Made by a program: the position numbers and the translations under genes. The notes under the pieces were generated by a model, which saw nothing but the letters and a program-made list of their open reading frames with translations, was not told where the DNA came from and did not search any database. Below are positions 17,547 to 25,846 of a stretch of DNA of 32,000 nt, one piece after another; position 1 is the stretch's first letter, and each line of letters starts with the position of its first letter. Source of the DNA: an uncultured Erysipelotrichaceae bacterium (GTDB lineage Bacteria > Bacillota_I > Bacilli_A > Erysipelotrichales > Erysipelotrichaceae); the NCBI GenBank assembly GCA_964436975.1, contig CAYTET010000001.1:1-32000 (forward strand), in the 5' to 3' direction.

Positions 17547-18350
17547 TTAAGCTAAAAAGCCGATAGCGCCTAACAGAATACCTACTGCAATAATAATCCA
17601 AATCATCTTGGTTGAAGTCATCTTTTTCAGACCCAGGCCCCAATAAATCAGGGCGACAGCCACAACGTTGCCAAAATGAGGGACAATGGTGTTCAGCAGA
17701 TCATTCAGATTCTGGGAGACTTCCCCGATAGTGAAGGTCAGGCCGAATTTGACATTGACCGTAGAAGCCACCAGCGCACCGACGACGGTAATGCCGACGA
17801 TGGAGGCGACTTCAGTCAGATTATGCAGCTGGGCCGTCCGGTTAGTAACAAAGGAAACACCCTGGTCATAAGCAACATAGAACAGTCTGTTGAAAGTAAA
17901 CCAGATCACCAGTTGGACTGCTTCGGCAATGACCCAGCCGAAGATGTTGCCGGCTAAAGCCTGATAGGCGGCAATAGCCCCGAAGATAGTCGGGAACAGA
18001 ACCCAGATGATGGCATCGCCGATACCGGCCAGCGGGCCCATCAGAGCAGTTCTTAACTCAACAGCTGTAAAGGTGGCATCATCGCTCTTGCTTGACTCAA
18101 TGGCCAGGCAGGCTCCCAGCACCAGGTTGCCGCACCAGGGATGCGTATTATAGAATTTGAAATGGCTTCTGTATTTTTCTCTGAGAACTTCGTCATCGCC
18201 ATAAATCTTCTTCATGGCCGGATGAATGGACCAGACCCAGCCGCCCGACTGCATTGTTTCATAGTTGAACGGTGCCTGCCGGGTCCAGATGTATCTGTGC
18301 AGAACCTGCGATAGATCTTTTTTGGTCAGAACGGAATTGTTGTTACTCAT
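17547..18350 (-). CDS. PTS mannose/fructose/sorbose-family EIID component (start trimmed to the ATG at 18350)
   Basis: 267 aa starting MSNNNSVLTKKDL...FNYETMQSGGW...GPLAGIGD, as in ManZ-type IID proteins. RBS GGGAGGAG. Overlaps the IIC stop by 8 nt. Confidence 0.85.
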   Translation of the reverse strand: MSNNNSVLTKKDLSQVLHRYIWTRQAPFNYETMQSGGWVWSIHPAMKKIYGDDEVLREKYRSHFKFYNTHPWCGNLVLGACLAIESSKSDDATFTAVELRTALMGPLAGIGDAIIWVLFPTIFGAIAAYQALAGNIFGWVIAEAVQLVIWFTFNRLFYVAYDQGVSFVTNRTAQLHNLTEVASIVGITVVGALVASTVNVKFGLTFTIGEVSQNLNDLLNTIVPHFGNVVAVALIYWGLGLKKMTSTKMIWIIIAVGILLGAIGFLA

Positions 18351-19134
18351 CTTCGTTAGCTCCTCCCTTAACGGCATTCTGCTGAATAGCCGCCATTTTG
18401 TCGTTATTCTCCAGATACAGATAGATTATGTAGGCAACTACGGCTGCCAGACAGGCAATGGCCAGCATCGGCAGATTGGCATAGGCATACAGCACAAAGC
18501 CGAAGACCAGGAAGATGCCCCATTTTTTGACCGGCAGATACTTCATCAGAATCGCAAAGCCCAATCCAGGCAGCAGACCGGCGCAGACTGACAGGCCGTT
18601 CATCAGCCAGCCAGGAATAGCCGCTATCATCGAGTTGATAAAGTGGGAGCCGACAGTCATAACTAGCAGCACCGGCAGGGTATAAAGCAGGGAACGGGCG
18701 ATCATCCAGCCCCAGACCCAGAAGGTCATGCCCTTCCAGTCGCATTTCTCACTGCAGGCCATCTCGCGATGGATGAACAGTGAACCCATCATCTTCATTA
18801 AAACGTCAAACTCGGTTCCTAAAGTGGCAACCGGAATACCGACAGCCAGACCGGCTTCAATACCGCTGCCGGATGAGATGGCAAACAGCGTGCCGACGGT
18901 TGTTCCCAAAGCATAATCCGGAACAGAAGATCCGCCGTAGCCGCCGATACCCAGACCCATCAGACACATCGTGCCGCCGACAGTAAGTCCGGTGGTCACA
19001 TCGCCCATGATCAGACCGATCACAAAGCCATACAATACCTGTACCCCGTAAGCGAAAACCTGCGCGCTCCAGCCAACCAGTGACATTACGAACACGAACA
19101 GGCAGCTTAACAGGATCTGCATAAATGTAAACAT
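18343..19134 (-). CDS. PTS mannose/fructose/sorbose-family EIIC component
   Basis: 263-aa polytopic membrane protein placed between the IIB and IID genes. RBS AAGGAGAGG. Confidence 0.85.
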   Translation of the reverse strand: MFTFMQILLSCLFVFVMSLVGWSAQVFAYGVQVLYGFVIGLIMGDVTTGLTVGGTMCLMGLGIGGYGGSSVPDYALGTTVGTLFAISSGSGIEAGLAVGIPVATLGTEFDVLMKMMGSLFIHREMACSEKCDWKGMTFWVWGWMIARSLLYTLPVLLVMTVGSHFINSMIAAIPGWLMNGLSVCAGLLPGLGFAILMKYLPVKKWGIFLVFGFVLYAYANLPMLAIACLAAVVAYIIYLYLENNDKMAAIQQNAVKGGANEDE

Positions 19135-19176
19135 ATGTACACCTCTCCTTTTCTTTTTTCCTTGTTCAGCAAACTT

Positions 19177-19677
19177 TTAATCCAGAATAGTTGTGCAATG
19201 CGTAATAGGATCTTCCGTGCGGAACTGGCAGTCAATTTCGATACCGGCATCCCGCATTTCTCTCAGCATCTGCTTTTCATCATCATTAATCCGCACCGTC
19301 TTGGCTAAAACCAAAGTCGGATGCAGATTCTGGGTGACATCACCCAGGTTGAGCCGCTTGAACTTGACGCCGCCTTTGAAGATCTCATAGATGTCCTGAA
19401 TCTGCCGGCCGACAACAAAGACCCGCTGACCGGCATATTTATTGACCCCGAAATTTTCAATCGCCTTGCTGGGCGAGATACATGACAGGGCAACTCCGAC
19501 CGGAGTGGCCATTTTAATTGTGGAGCGGATCATATCATTGTGGGAAACGCTCTCGTTTATAACCATAGCCCGGGTGGCCTTGAGTTCGGGAATCCACTGG
19601 GTAGCGACGATTCCGTGAATCATCCGATCATCAATGCGGACATCGATAATGCCGTTTTCTGTTTCGTAGCTGTTCAT
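19177..19677 (-). CDS. PTS mannose/sorbose-family EIIB component
   Basis: 166 aa with the phospho-histidine motif VRIDDRMIHGIVATQW. RBS AAAGGAGGAG. Confidence 0.85.
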   Translation of the reverse strand: MNSYETENGIIDVRIDDRMIHGIVATQWIPELKATRAMVINESVSHNDMIRSTIKMATPVGVALSCISPSKAIENFGVNKYAGQRVFVVGRQIQDIYEIFKGGVKFKRLNLGDVTQNLHPTLVLAKTVRINDDEKQMLREMRDAGIEIDCQFRTEDPITHCTTILD

Positions 19678-19779
19678 AGCTCCTCCTTTCTCTCACCAAT
19701 ATCCTGGTTTCTATTAAAGATTCTACCGACTAGAATCACAGAATGGCATAAAAGGAAATGGCTTGATTTTGCGCTTTTC

Positions 19780-19793
19780 TGACAGCGCTTTCA
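19780..19793. promoter_or_regulatory. Candidate catabolite-responsive element (cre, CcpA site) in the PTS IIB leader
   Basis: The minus strand reads TGAAAGCGCTGTCA, which fits the cre consensus TGWAANCGNTNWCA at every specified position. Confidence 0.55.
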
Positions 19794-19886
19794 GTCAAAA
19801 CAAGCCCGATTTACGGTCATTGCGGCAATCACTGTAACTAAAAAGCACCTTATTGTTTACTTTAGGTTGACGCCATTTGATAACCG

Positions 19887-19904
19887 GGCGGACAAAAAAA
19901 CCGC
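19887..19904. repeat. Intergenic motif GGCGGAC-A7-CCGC (copy 1 of 2)
   Basis: ATAACcgGGCGGACAAAAAAACCGC. Compare the copy at 21914-21930. Confidence 0.5.
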
Positions 19905-19919
19905 TTCAGGATAAAGCGG
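19893..19919 (-). terminator. Rho-independent terminator directly after the PTS EIIA gene
   Basis: The minus strand reads CCGCTT-tatcctg-AAGCGG followed by TTTTTTT. Confidence 0.75.
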
Positions 19920-19946
19920 CTGTGGCTGACATAATTGGCTGATTAT

Positions 19947-20357
19947 TTATTCGTCCTGATCGCCAAATGATTCAAATTTATAATCGTTCATGCAGACGGC
20001 TCCGTCTTTGCCGGCTTTCTCTAGGGCCTTGATTTCTTCCGCTGAAGCATCCGGCGGCAGGCAGCTGGCCTGGATAAGCATCGGCAGATTCATGCCGGAA
20101 AAGATAAAGGTGTCCGGCCGGCTCAGCTGGGGAATGACAAGCTGATTGACGCTGCCGCCCATGATATCCGTGAATATCAGCACCTGATCATCAGTCGCCG
20201 TCTGCTCCCAGAAGCGGGCCAAGTCAGCCTTAGGATCACAGTCATCCACGTAGGCACTGATGGCACTGTAGTTTTCTTTCTCCCCGATAAACAGCTGCAG
20301 CGAATTAAGCAGTCCTTTGGCCATGCCGCCATGGCTCAGCAGCAATATCTTTCTCAT
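19947..20357 (-). CDS. PTS mannose-family EIIA component
   Basis: 136 aa with N-terminal MRKILLLSHGGMAKG (active-site His) and FTDIMGGS. Confidence 0.8.
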   Translation of the reverse strand: MRKILLLSHGGMAKGLLNSLQLFIGEKENYSAISAYVDDCDPKADLARFWEQTATDDQVLIFTDIMGGSVNQLVIPQLSRPDTFIFSGMNLPMLIQASCLPPDASAEEIKALEKAGKDGAVCMNDYKFESFGDQDE

Positions 20358-20391
20358 TTGAAAATCTCTCTTTCTTTTTTAATTAAGTTCT

Positions 20392-21795
20392 TTAAACCGC
20401 AATGCGCTTCCAGCTGCCCTTCTTTAGCCGGCTGTTGGAAACAAGATTGCGGGTAATCTGGTCAACCAGCAGACCAATCCAGGCCCCCAGCAGACCCAGT
20501 CCGCACGGATACGCCAATAGATAAGCCAGACCGGGCCGGATGATCGTGACACTGATCAGCATCAGGGCTGCCACAAATTTGACATCACCGGCTCCCCGCA
20601 GGGCGCCGATGACAATTACCTGGGGAATCTGGAAGAGCACGGTAACCGACAGGATCACCAGCGGAATAGTTGAGGCCGCAATAACTTCGGCGTCATTTGT
20701 GAACAGTTCGGTAATCTGGGTGGAAAAGACGGCAATCACTATGGCAATGACAATGGCGATAACCATGCCGATCCGCTTGGCCACTCCGGTATAGATCTGG
20801 GCCATGTCGATTCGCCGCTGGCCCATTGACTGGCCGACCAGGGAGGTGTTGGCCACCTGCAGGCCGTCGCCAAAAGAGAATGTGATATTCATGATATTCA
20901 TGCAGACCTGATGGGCTGAATAGCTGACCGTGCCTAAAGAAGCAACAGCTTTGGAATAGACAAAAAAGCCAATCCGCATAAAGACCTGCTCTACCAGGGA
21001 ATGCCGGGAAATCTGCCAGATATCATTCAGATCCGACCGGCTCGGCTTAATGATGCCGGCAAGGTGCAGATGCAGGTAGCCCTTTTTGCCCAGCACCGAT
21101 ATAATGGCAATCAGACAGGCCACAATATTGCCAATCGCTGTGGCAATCGCGGCCCCTTGTACACCCAGTTTGGGAAAGCCGTAAAGGCCGTTGATCAGCA
21201 GGGCATTGAAAATTAGATTGATAATATTGGCCGCCAGATTGGTAATCATACTGATGCGGGTGTTGCCGATGCCCCGCTGACCGGCCGAAATAGTCAGGCT
21301 TATGGAGTAAAAGATGTTGCCGAATTCAGTAATCCGGAAGTAGAGAACAGCCAGATCAATGTAGTCATCTCCGGCGCCGGCCAGCCGCAGAAACGGCTCG
21401 GCAAAGATGATGCCCAGAACTGACAGGATGACCGCTGCCAAAGCACAGACAGCCAGCGAACTGTTCAGATAGGAATTGGCTTCGGCCTGCTTCTTTTCAC
21501 CCCGGCGCCGGGCTACCAGAACCGTCACCCCGATATTCAGGGCAAATATTGGGGCCAGGATCATATAGCGGGGCTGGGTGCAGATGCCGACAGCCGAGAT
21601 AGCTTCCTTGTTAAGGGTGCCGACCATAGCAGTGTCAACCGCTCCGATCAAGGCAATCAGCACCATTTCCAAAGCGCTGGGCCAGGCCATGGCCAGTGTT
21701 TTCCGGTAAATCTGCCGGTTGGAGGGTATCGGGCCTTCAATTTCGCTTTCCTTAAGCATGCCCTGCCACCCGAACAGTCTTTTTACTAGATTCAC
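20392..21795 (-). CDS. MATE-family efflux transporter (GTG start)
   Basis: 467 aa with about 12 TM helices. The N-terminus ...IYRKTLAMAWPSALEMVL... is typical of MATE/NorM proteins. RBS AAAGGAGTG lies 5 nt before the GTG. Confidence 0.85.
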   Translation of the reverse strand: MNLVKRLFGWQGMLKESEIEGPIPSNRQIYRKTLAMAWPSALEMVLIALIGAVDTAMVGTLNKEAISAVGICTQPRYMILAPIFALNIGVTVLVARRRGEKKQAEANSYLNSSLAVCALAAVILSVLGIIFAEPFLRLAGAGDDYIDLAVLYFRITEFGNIFYSISLTISAGQRGIGNTRISMITNLAANIINLIFNALLINGLYGFPKLGVQGAAIATAIGNIVACLIAIISVLGKKGYLHLHLAGIIKPSRSDLNDIWQISRHSLVEQVFMRIGFFVYSKAVASLGTVSYSAHQVCMNIMNITFSFGDGLQVANTSLVGQSMGQRRIDMAQIYTGVAKRIGMVIAIVIAIVIAVFSTQITELFTNDAEVIAASTIPLVILSVTVLFQIPQVIVIGALRGAGDVKFVAALMLISVTIIRPGLAYLLAYPCGLGLLGAWIGLLVDQITRNLVSNSRLKKGSWKRIAV

Positions 21796-21913
21796 CGCCG
21801 CACTCCTTTTAACGTCCTTTTAAAGACAAACTATCTCTTTTATACCATATATCCCTCTGCCCTTGGCAAAGACCGCATCAAAATGCCGGCTTTTCCTCCT
21901 TTTTATAATAACA

Positions 21914-21930
21914 GGCGGACAAAAAACCGC
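21914..21930. repeat. Intergenic motif GGCGGAC-A6-CCGC (copy 2 of 2)
   Basis: ATAACaGGCGGACAAAAAACCGC. Both copies sit downstream of minus-strand genes. Confidence 0.5.
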
Positions 21931-22046
21931 CGGAAGTTGTTTTTCCCTCCTATTGTGTCCTTTAATTATATGTTTCAAACCCAACTCTTCTGGCCGGCCC
22001 AAGGGCCGCTTTTTATCTTATATAATTTTATTTTGTATTAGTCTGA

Positions 22047-23342
22047 TTATTTCTGCTGCCAGTAACCGGTCTTATTAGAACCCTGATGAATCAGACAGCC
22101 CTGACTGACAAGCTGCTTTATGGCCCGGTATATCGTACTCTCCGACACCTGAAGCATCTTGGCTAATTCACGGCGGCTTAAGGACGGATTCTCTTTTAAC
22201 TTTTCCAGTATCTTCTCATTCAGCCTTTTTGAACCGGTCTCATCCAATTCATTTGTTCCCCCGTTTGGACCGCCGGCAAAAGGGATTCTCACTTTGATAA
22301 AGTTTTTAGAGAAGCTGAAGACGTTTCTGTCATATACACGCAAAACCCTTCTTATTCCGGTTCCCAAAAACTCCACCAGTCCCAGATCATGAAACACTCG
22401 CATCAGTTGCGGATTCACCGACAGTGAAAAACCTCTGAAGAAATCTTCTTCACTGTAATTATCCGGCAGGCCGCCAAAAGAAGATATCTCAGCATAGCTG
22501 TCGAACACCTCGAATTTCGGCAGACCGCCGTCAACATAGTTATTATGAACAAAGGCATTAATTATCACTTCCCGCATGGCAATACCATCAAAGCGTCTGA
22601 CTTCCTGGCGCTGGCTGCCGGTTATTCTGGTATAAATGCAGTTTTCAGCCTGCATTCTCTGCAGAACCTGATCAACCGAAGTTATGACAGACTGATTGAT
22701 AAATTCGGCCCTTGCGGTAAGATCGAACACATCGTTGCCCCGGTATTTAGCAAATTGAAAGGGCAGTCCGTTTTCGTCGGCCAGAAGATAAGCCAGATAG
22801 TTATACAAACCATCTGCGCTGTATAGGCCGAACTGCTGATATAAATTAGGCCCTATTTCGCAGCCTTTATTGCGATAATAGATTTCCAAGGCTGAAAAAT
22901 GCAGATCCTGACGGGGCGACGTCTTAGTAGAAAGAGTAATCTTGTTCCTCTTCTGATATAGAGCAAAAATCATATCTTCCGGCATTTTTTCAACCGCTGT
23001 ACCAATTCTTATAAATGTCCCTTCCGGAGACATTCCCAAACGGCTCAGATAATAAGGCTTCTGATTTCCGGAAGAGACCATTACCTGAATATACTGCCGA
23101 TCCCCCTTTTTTAGCTTAATTATGTCAAATAAGCCCAGCGCTGACGGTTTGATTTTGTTCTTCAGACGGTCTTTTATTTTCAGTTCGGTTTCATCAACAT
23201 CAGGCACTCCGACAACCGTACCGCTGTCAGAAACGCCAATGTAAATACTGCCGCCGCCTTTTGAATTTAAAAAAGCGATGACTTCTTTTTCAAATTTATC
23301 ATTTAAAACTTCCTTAAATTCATTATGTTCATTTTCTATCAT
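22047..23342 (-). CDS. AlbA_2 (Schlafen-like, 'divergent AAA') / HATPase_c_4-type ATP-binding protein with a C-terminal wHTH (start trimmed to the ATG at 23342)
   Basis: 431 aa. The N-terminus is ENEHNEFKEVLNDKFEKEVIAFLNSKGGGSIYIGVSDSGTVVGV (AlbA_2 signature). The middle has MREVIINAFVHNNY...GTGIRRV. The C-terminus has LSRRELAKMLQVSESTIYRAIKQLVSQG. RBS AGAGGTG. By eye it looks AT-richer than its neighbours. Confidence 0.7.
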   Translation of the reverse strand: MIENEHNEFKEVLNDKFEKEVIAFLNSKGGGSIYIGVSDSGTVVGVPDVDETELKIKDRLKNKIKPSALGLFDIIKLKKGDRQYIQVMVSSGNQKPYYLSRLGMSPEGTFIRIGTAVEKMPEDMIFALYQKRNKITLSTKTSPRQDLHFSALEIYYRNKGCEIGPNLYQQFGLYSADGLYNYLAYLLADENGLPFQFAKYRGNDVFDLTARAEFINQSVITSVDQVLQRMQAENCIYTRITGSQRQEVRRFDGIAMREVIINAFVHNNYVDGGLPKFEVFDSYAEISSFGGLPDNYSEEDFFRGFSLSVNPQLMRVFHDLGLVEFLGTGIRRVLRVYDRNVFSFSKNFIKVRIPFAGGPNGGTNELDETGSKRLNEKILEKLKENPSLSRRELAKMLQVSESTIYRAIKQLVSQGCLIHQGSNKTGYWQQK

Positions 23343-23369
23343 TATCAGCACCTCTGTCTCGGCTATTCC

Positions 23370-23405
23370 ATGAAGCAATAAATGAAGCAGTAAATGAAGC
23401 GATAA
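23370..23405. repeat. Three tandem 12-nt repeats ATGAAGCNNTAA upstream of the AlbA_2-like gene
   Basis: ATGAAGCAATAA / ATGAAGCAGTAA / ATGAAGCGATAA, read directly. They lie 28-63 nt upstream of the ATG at 23342. Confidence 0.9.
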
Positions 23406-23413
23406 CGGCTGCA

Positions 23414-23441
23414 ACAAAAAGAAAACGGCAGCGCTGCCGTT
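23414..23441 (-). terminator. Rho-independent terminator after the nfnAB-like operon
   Basis: The minus strand reads ACGGCA-gcgc-TGCCGT followed by TTTCTTTTTG. Confidence 0.7.
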
Positions 23442-23465
23442 CTCTTAAGTGTATTATCAGTATCT

Positions 23466-24845
23466 TCAGCGGGCCTTGAGCCGGGCGTTGATAGCCGCGG
23501 CGGCCGCTTTGCCGGCCCCCATGGCTTTGATAACCGTAGCTGATCCGGTTACCGCATCGCCGCCGGCAAACACATTGGCCAGCGTTGTTTCTTCCGTGTC
23601 GGAAACAATCAGGCAGCCGTGGTCATTGACCTGCAGGCCGGCGGTTGTCTGGGTCAGCAGCGGGTTGGGGCGGGTGCCCAGCGCCATGATGACCATATCG
23701 ACATCCATCATGAATTCACTGCCTGCAACGGCCTTGGGCCGGCGCCGGCCGGATTCATCCGGCTGTCCTAATTCCATCTTAATGCATTTCATGCCGCTGA
23801 CATTGTATTGCTCATCCCCGCAGATTTCGACCGGGTTAATCAAAAGATCAAACCGGATGCCTTCCTGACGGGCATGCTCTACTTCTTCTTTACGGGCCGG
23901 CAGTTCTTCCATGGAGCGCCGGTAGACAATATGGACTTCATCCGCTCCCATCCGCAGAGCGCAGCGGGCGGCATCCATAGCCACATTGCCGCCGCCGACA
24001 ACGGCGACTTTACGGCCGACATGAACCGGCGTCGCGCTGTCCTTCTGATAGCCCTTCATCAGATTGATGCGGGTCAGAAATTCGTTGGCCGATAAAACAC
24101 CGTTGTATTCCTCCCCGGGAATGTTCATGAACATCGGCAGACCGGCGCCGGTGCCGATGTAGACAGCCCGGCAGCCCTGGGCGAACAGATCTTCAATGGT
24201 CGCCGACCGGCCGATAACGGCATCGGTAACCACCGCTACGCCCTTCTGCTTCAGGGCTTCAACTTCCCTGTCAACAATATCCTTAGGCAGACGGAAAGCC
24301 GGAATGCCGTAAGTCAGCACGCCGCCGGCCTGATGCAGAGCTTCATATATGGTTACTTCATAGCCCCATTTGGCTAATTCGCCGGCACAGGTCAGCCCGG
24401 ATGGGCCTGACCCGATGACCGCCACTTTTACCGCGTTGGGCAGGGCTTTTTTAACCGGTTCATTCTGGGCATTGTGCCAGTCGGCCACAAAGCGCTCCAG
24501 CCGGCCGATGGCCACTGCTTCGCCCTTAATGCCCCGGGTGCAGTTTTTCTCACACTGGCTTTCCTGCGGGCAGACCCGGCCGCAGACCGCCGGCAGACAA
24601 CTGGCCTGGGCAATGACATCGTAGGCCTGCTGATACTCTTTATTCTTGACATGCTGGATGAAGGCCGGAATATCAATGCCGACCGAACAGCCGGAAACGC
24701 AGGGCTTGTTGCGGCAGTTGATGCAGCGGTCAGCCTCACTTAAAGCCATTTCTTCGGTATAGCCTAACGCCACTTCATCAAAGTTGTGCGCTCTTATTTC
24801 GGCCGGCTGAACCGGCATTTCGTTTTTAACATTGCTGGTGTTCAT
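23466..24845 (-). CDS. NfnB-like / glutamate-synthase small-subunit-like NADPH oxidoreductase (2x[4Fe-4S], FAD)
   Basis: 459 aa with N-terminal Cys clusters CINCRNKPCVSGC and CGRVCPQESQCEKNC, plus dinucleotide folds VAVIGSGPSGLTCA and VAVVGGGNVAMDAA. RBS AAGGAGG. Confidence 0.8.
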   Translation of the reverse strand: MNTSNVKNEMPVQPAEIRAHNFDEVALGYTEEMALSEADRCINCRNKPCVSGCSVGIDIPAFIQHVKNKEYQQAYDVIAQASCLPAVCGRVCPQESQCEKNCTRGIKGEAVAIGRLERFVADWHNAQNEPVKKALPNAVKVAVIGSGPSGLTCAGELAKWGYEVTIYEALHQAGGVLTYGIPAFRLPKDIVDREVEALKQKGVAVVTDAVIGRSATIEDLFAQGCRAVYIGTGAGLPMFMNIPGEEYNGVLSANEFLTRINLMKGYQKDSATPVHVGRKVAVVGGGNVAMDAARCALRMGADEVHIVYRRSMEELPARKEEVEHARQEGIRFDLLINPVEICGDEQYNVSGMKCIKMELGQPDESGRRRPKAVAGSEFMMDVDMVIMALGTRPNPLLTQTTAGLQVNDHGCLIVSDTEETTLANVFAGGDAVTGSATVIKAMGAGKAAAAAINARLKAR

Positions 24846-24847
24846 AA

Positions 24848-25690
24848 TCAGGCGACCTCCTTATTGAACAGATGGCAGGCCGCTTCGTAGGCATGCCGCT
24901 CATAATCTTTATAAGCCCGGCTGCGGGCGATGGTCTGGTCAAAATCGACCTGGTGACCGTCAAAATCCGGTCCGTCGACGCAGGCAAACTTCATCTTGCC
25001 GCCAACACTCAGCCGGCAGCAGCCGCACATACCGGTGCCGTCGATCATGATCGGATTCATGCTGACAACTGTTTTGATATTGTATTTTGCCGTCAGCTGG
25101 CAGACAAACTTCATCATGACCAGCGGGCCGATGGCGATGACTTCATCAAACTGCTGGCCGTCATCAATCAGTTTCTGCAGGGCCTGGGTGACCAGACCTT
25201 TGTTGCCGTTGGAACCGTCATCCGTCATCACGGTCAGCTGGCTGCTGGCCTGGCGGAATTCATCTTCCAGGATAATGAGGTCCTTGTTCCTGAAACCGGT
25301 AATGGCCGCAACCTCACAGCCCTGCTTATGCAGCTGCTTGGCTAAAGGCAGGGCAATGGCACAGCCCACTCCGCCGCCGACGATGGCCACTTTATGCAGG
25401 CCGTCAAGATGCGAAGGCGTACCCAGCGGACCGACAAAGTCAGCCAGACTTTCCCCGGCTTTCTTCTGATCGAGAAGGAACGTCGTCGCTCCGACGATCT
25501 GGTAGATAATGGTGACCGTTCCGGCTTCACTGTCGCTTTCAGCGATAGTCAGCGGAATCCGCTCGCCGTTTTCATCAACCCGCAGGATTATAAACTGGCC
25601 GGGCTTGGCTTTGCCGGCAACCAGCGGCGCCTCGATAACCATCTTGCCGACAGTCGGGTTGAGCGCCTCTTTAGAAATGATTTTGAACAT
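24848..25690 (-). CDS. NfnA-like / PyrK-like FAD-NAD(P)-binding ferredoxin-reductase subunit with [2Fe-2S] (start trimmed to the ATG at 25690)
   Basis: 280 aa with MFKIISKEALNP...GQFIILRV...RIPLTIA, GGGVGCA and the C-terminal cluster motif DGTGMCGCCRLSVGGKMKFACVDGP. Its stop lies 2 nt before the downstream gene. Confidence 0.8.
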   Translation of the reverse strand: MFKIISKEALNPTVGKMVIEAPLVAGKAKPGQFIILRVDENGERIPLTIAESDSEAGTVTIIYQIVGATTFLLDQKKAGESLADFVGPLGTPSHLDGLHKVAIVGGGVGCAIALPLAKQLHKQGCEVAAITGFRNKDLIILEDEFRQASSQLTVMTDDGSNGNKGLVTQALQKLIDDGQQFDEVIAIGPLVMMKFVCQLTAKYNIKTVVSMNPIMIDGTGMCGCCRLSVGGKMKFACVDGPDFDGHQVDFDQTIARSRAYKDYERHAYEAACHLFNKEVA

Positions 25691-25846
25691 TATCACAAGT
25701 TCCTTTCTGTTATTTATATTAATAGCCGTCTTCTGCCCTTTTATTGTACCGCTTACACTCACTTTCAGGCAAACCCAAACCCGTAAAGACGGCCTATACC
25801 GCTTCAAGAATGACACAAACGGCAATTTACAGCTTCCGGCAGTATT

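Noticed and set aside
19678-19946. A sigma-54 (-24 TGGCAC / -12 TTGCW) promoter upstream of the mannose-class PTS IIB gene.
   Set aside because: The only TGGC-containing candidate (TGGCGTCAACCTAAAG) lacks the -12 GC element. The nearby regulator also lacks any recognisable sigma-54 AAA+ activation domain.
21994-22014. GC hairpin CGGCCC-aa-GGGCCG followed by TTTTT on the plus strand, as a terminator.
   Set aside because: The T-run is on the plus strand, where there is no upstream plus-strand gene. On the minus strand, where the AlbA_2-like gene ends, it has no U-tract. The 2-nt loop also forces a much shorter effective stem.
21863-22078. A 71-aa plus-strand ORF in the MATE/AlbA_2 intergenic region, and other 60-110-aa intergenic or overlapping ORFs in the track.
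   Set aside because: There is no RBS, the sequence is hydrophobic and low-complexity (derived from an AT-rich spacer), it overlaps the 3' end of the minus-strand gene, and it has no recognisable family features.
23370-23405. The triple 12-mer as a CRISPR array or a coding repeat (it translates as LHLLLHLLLH in the extended ORF).
   Set aside because: The unit is too short, has no spacers and occurs only three times. The Leu/His repeat lies upstream of the RBS-supported start, so it is non-coding.
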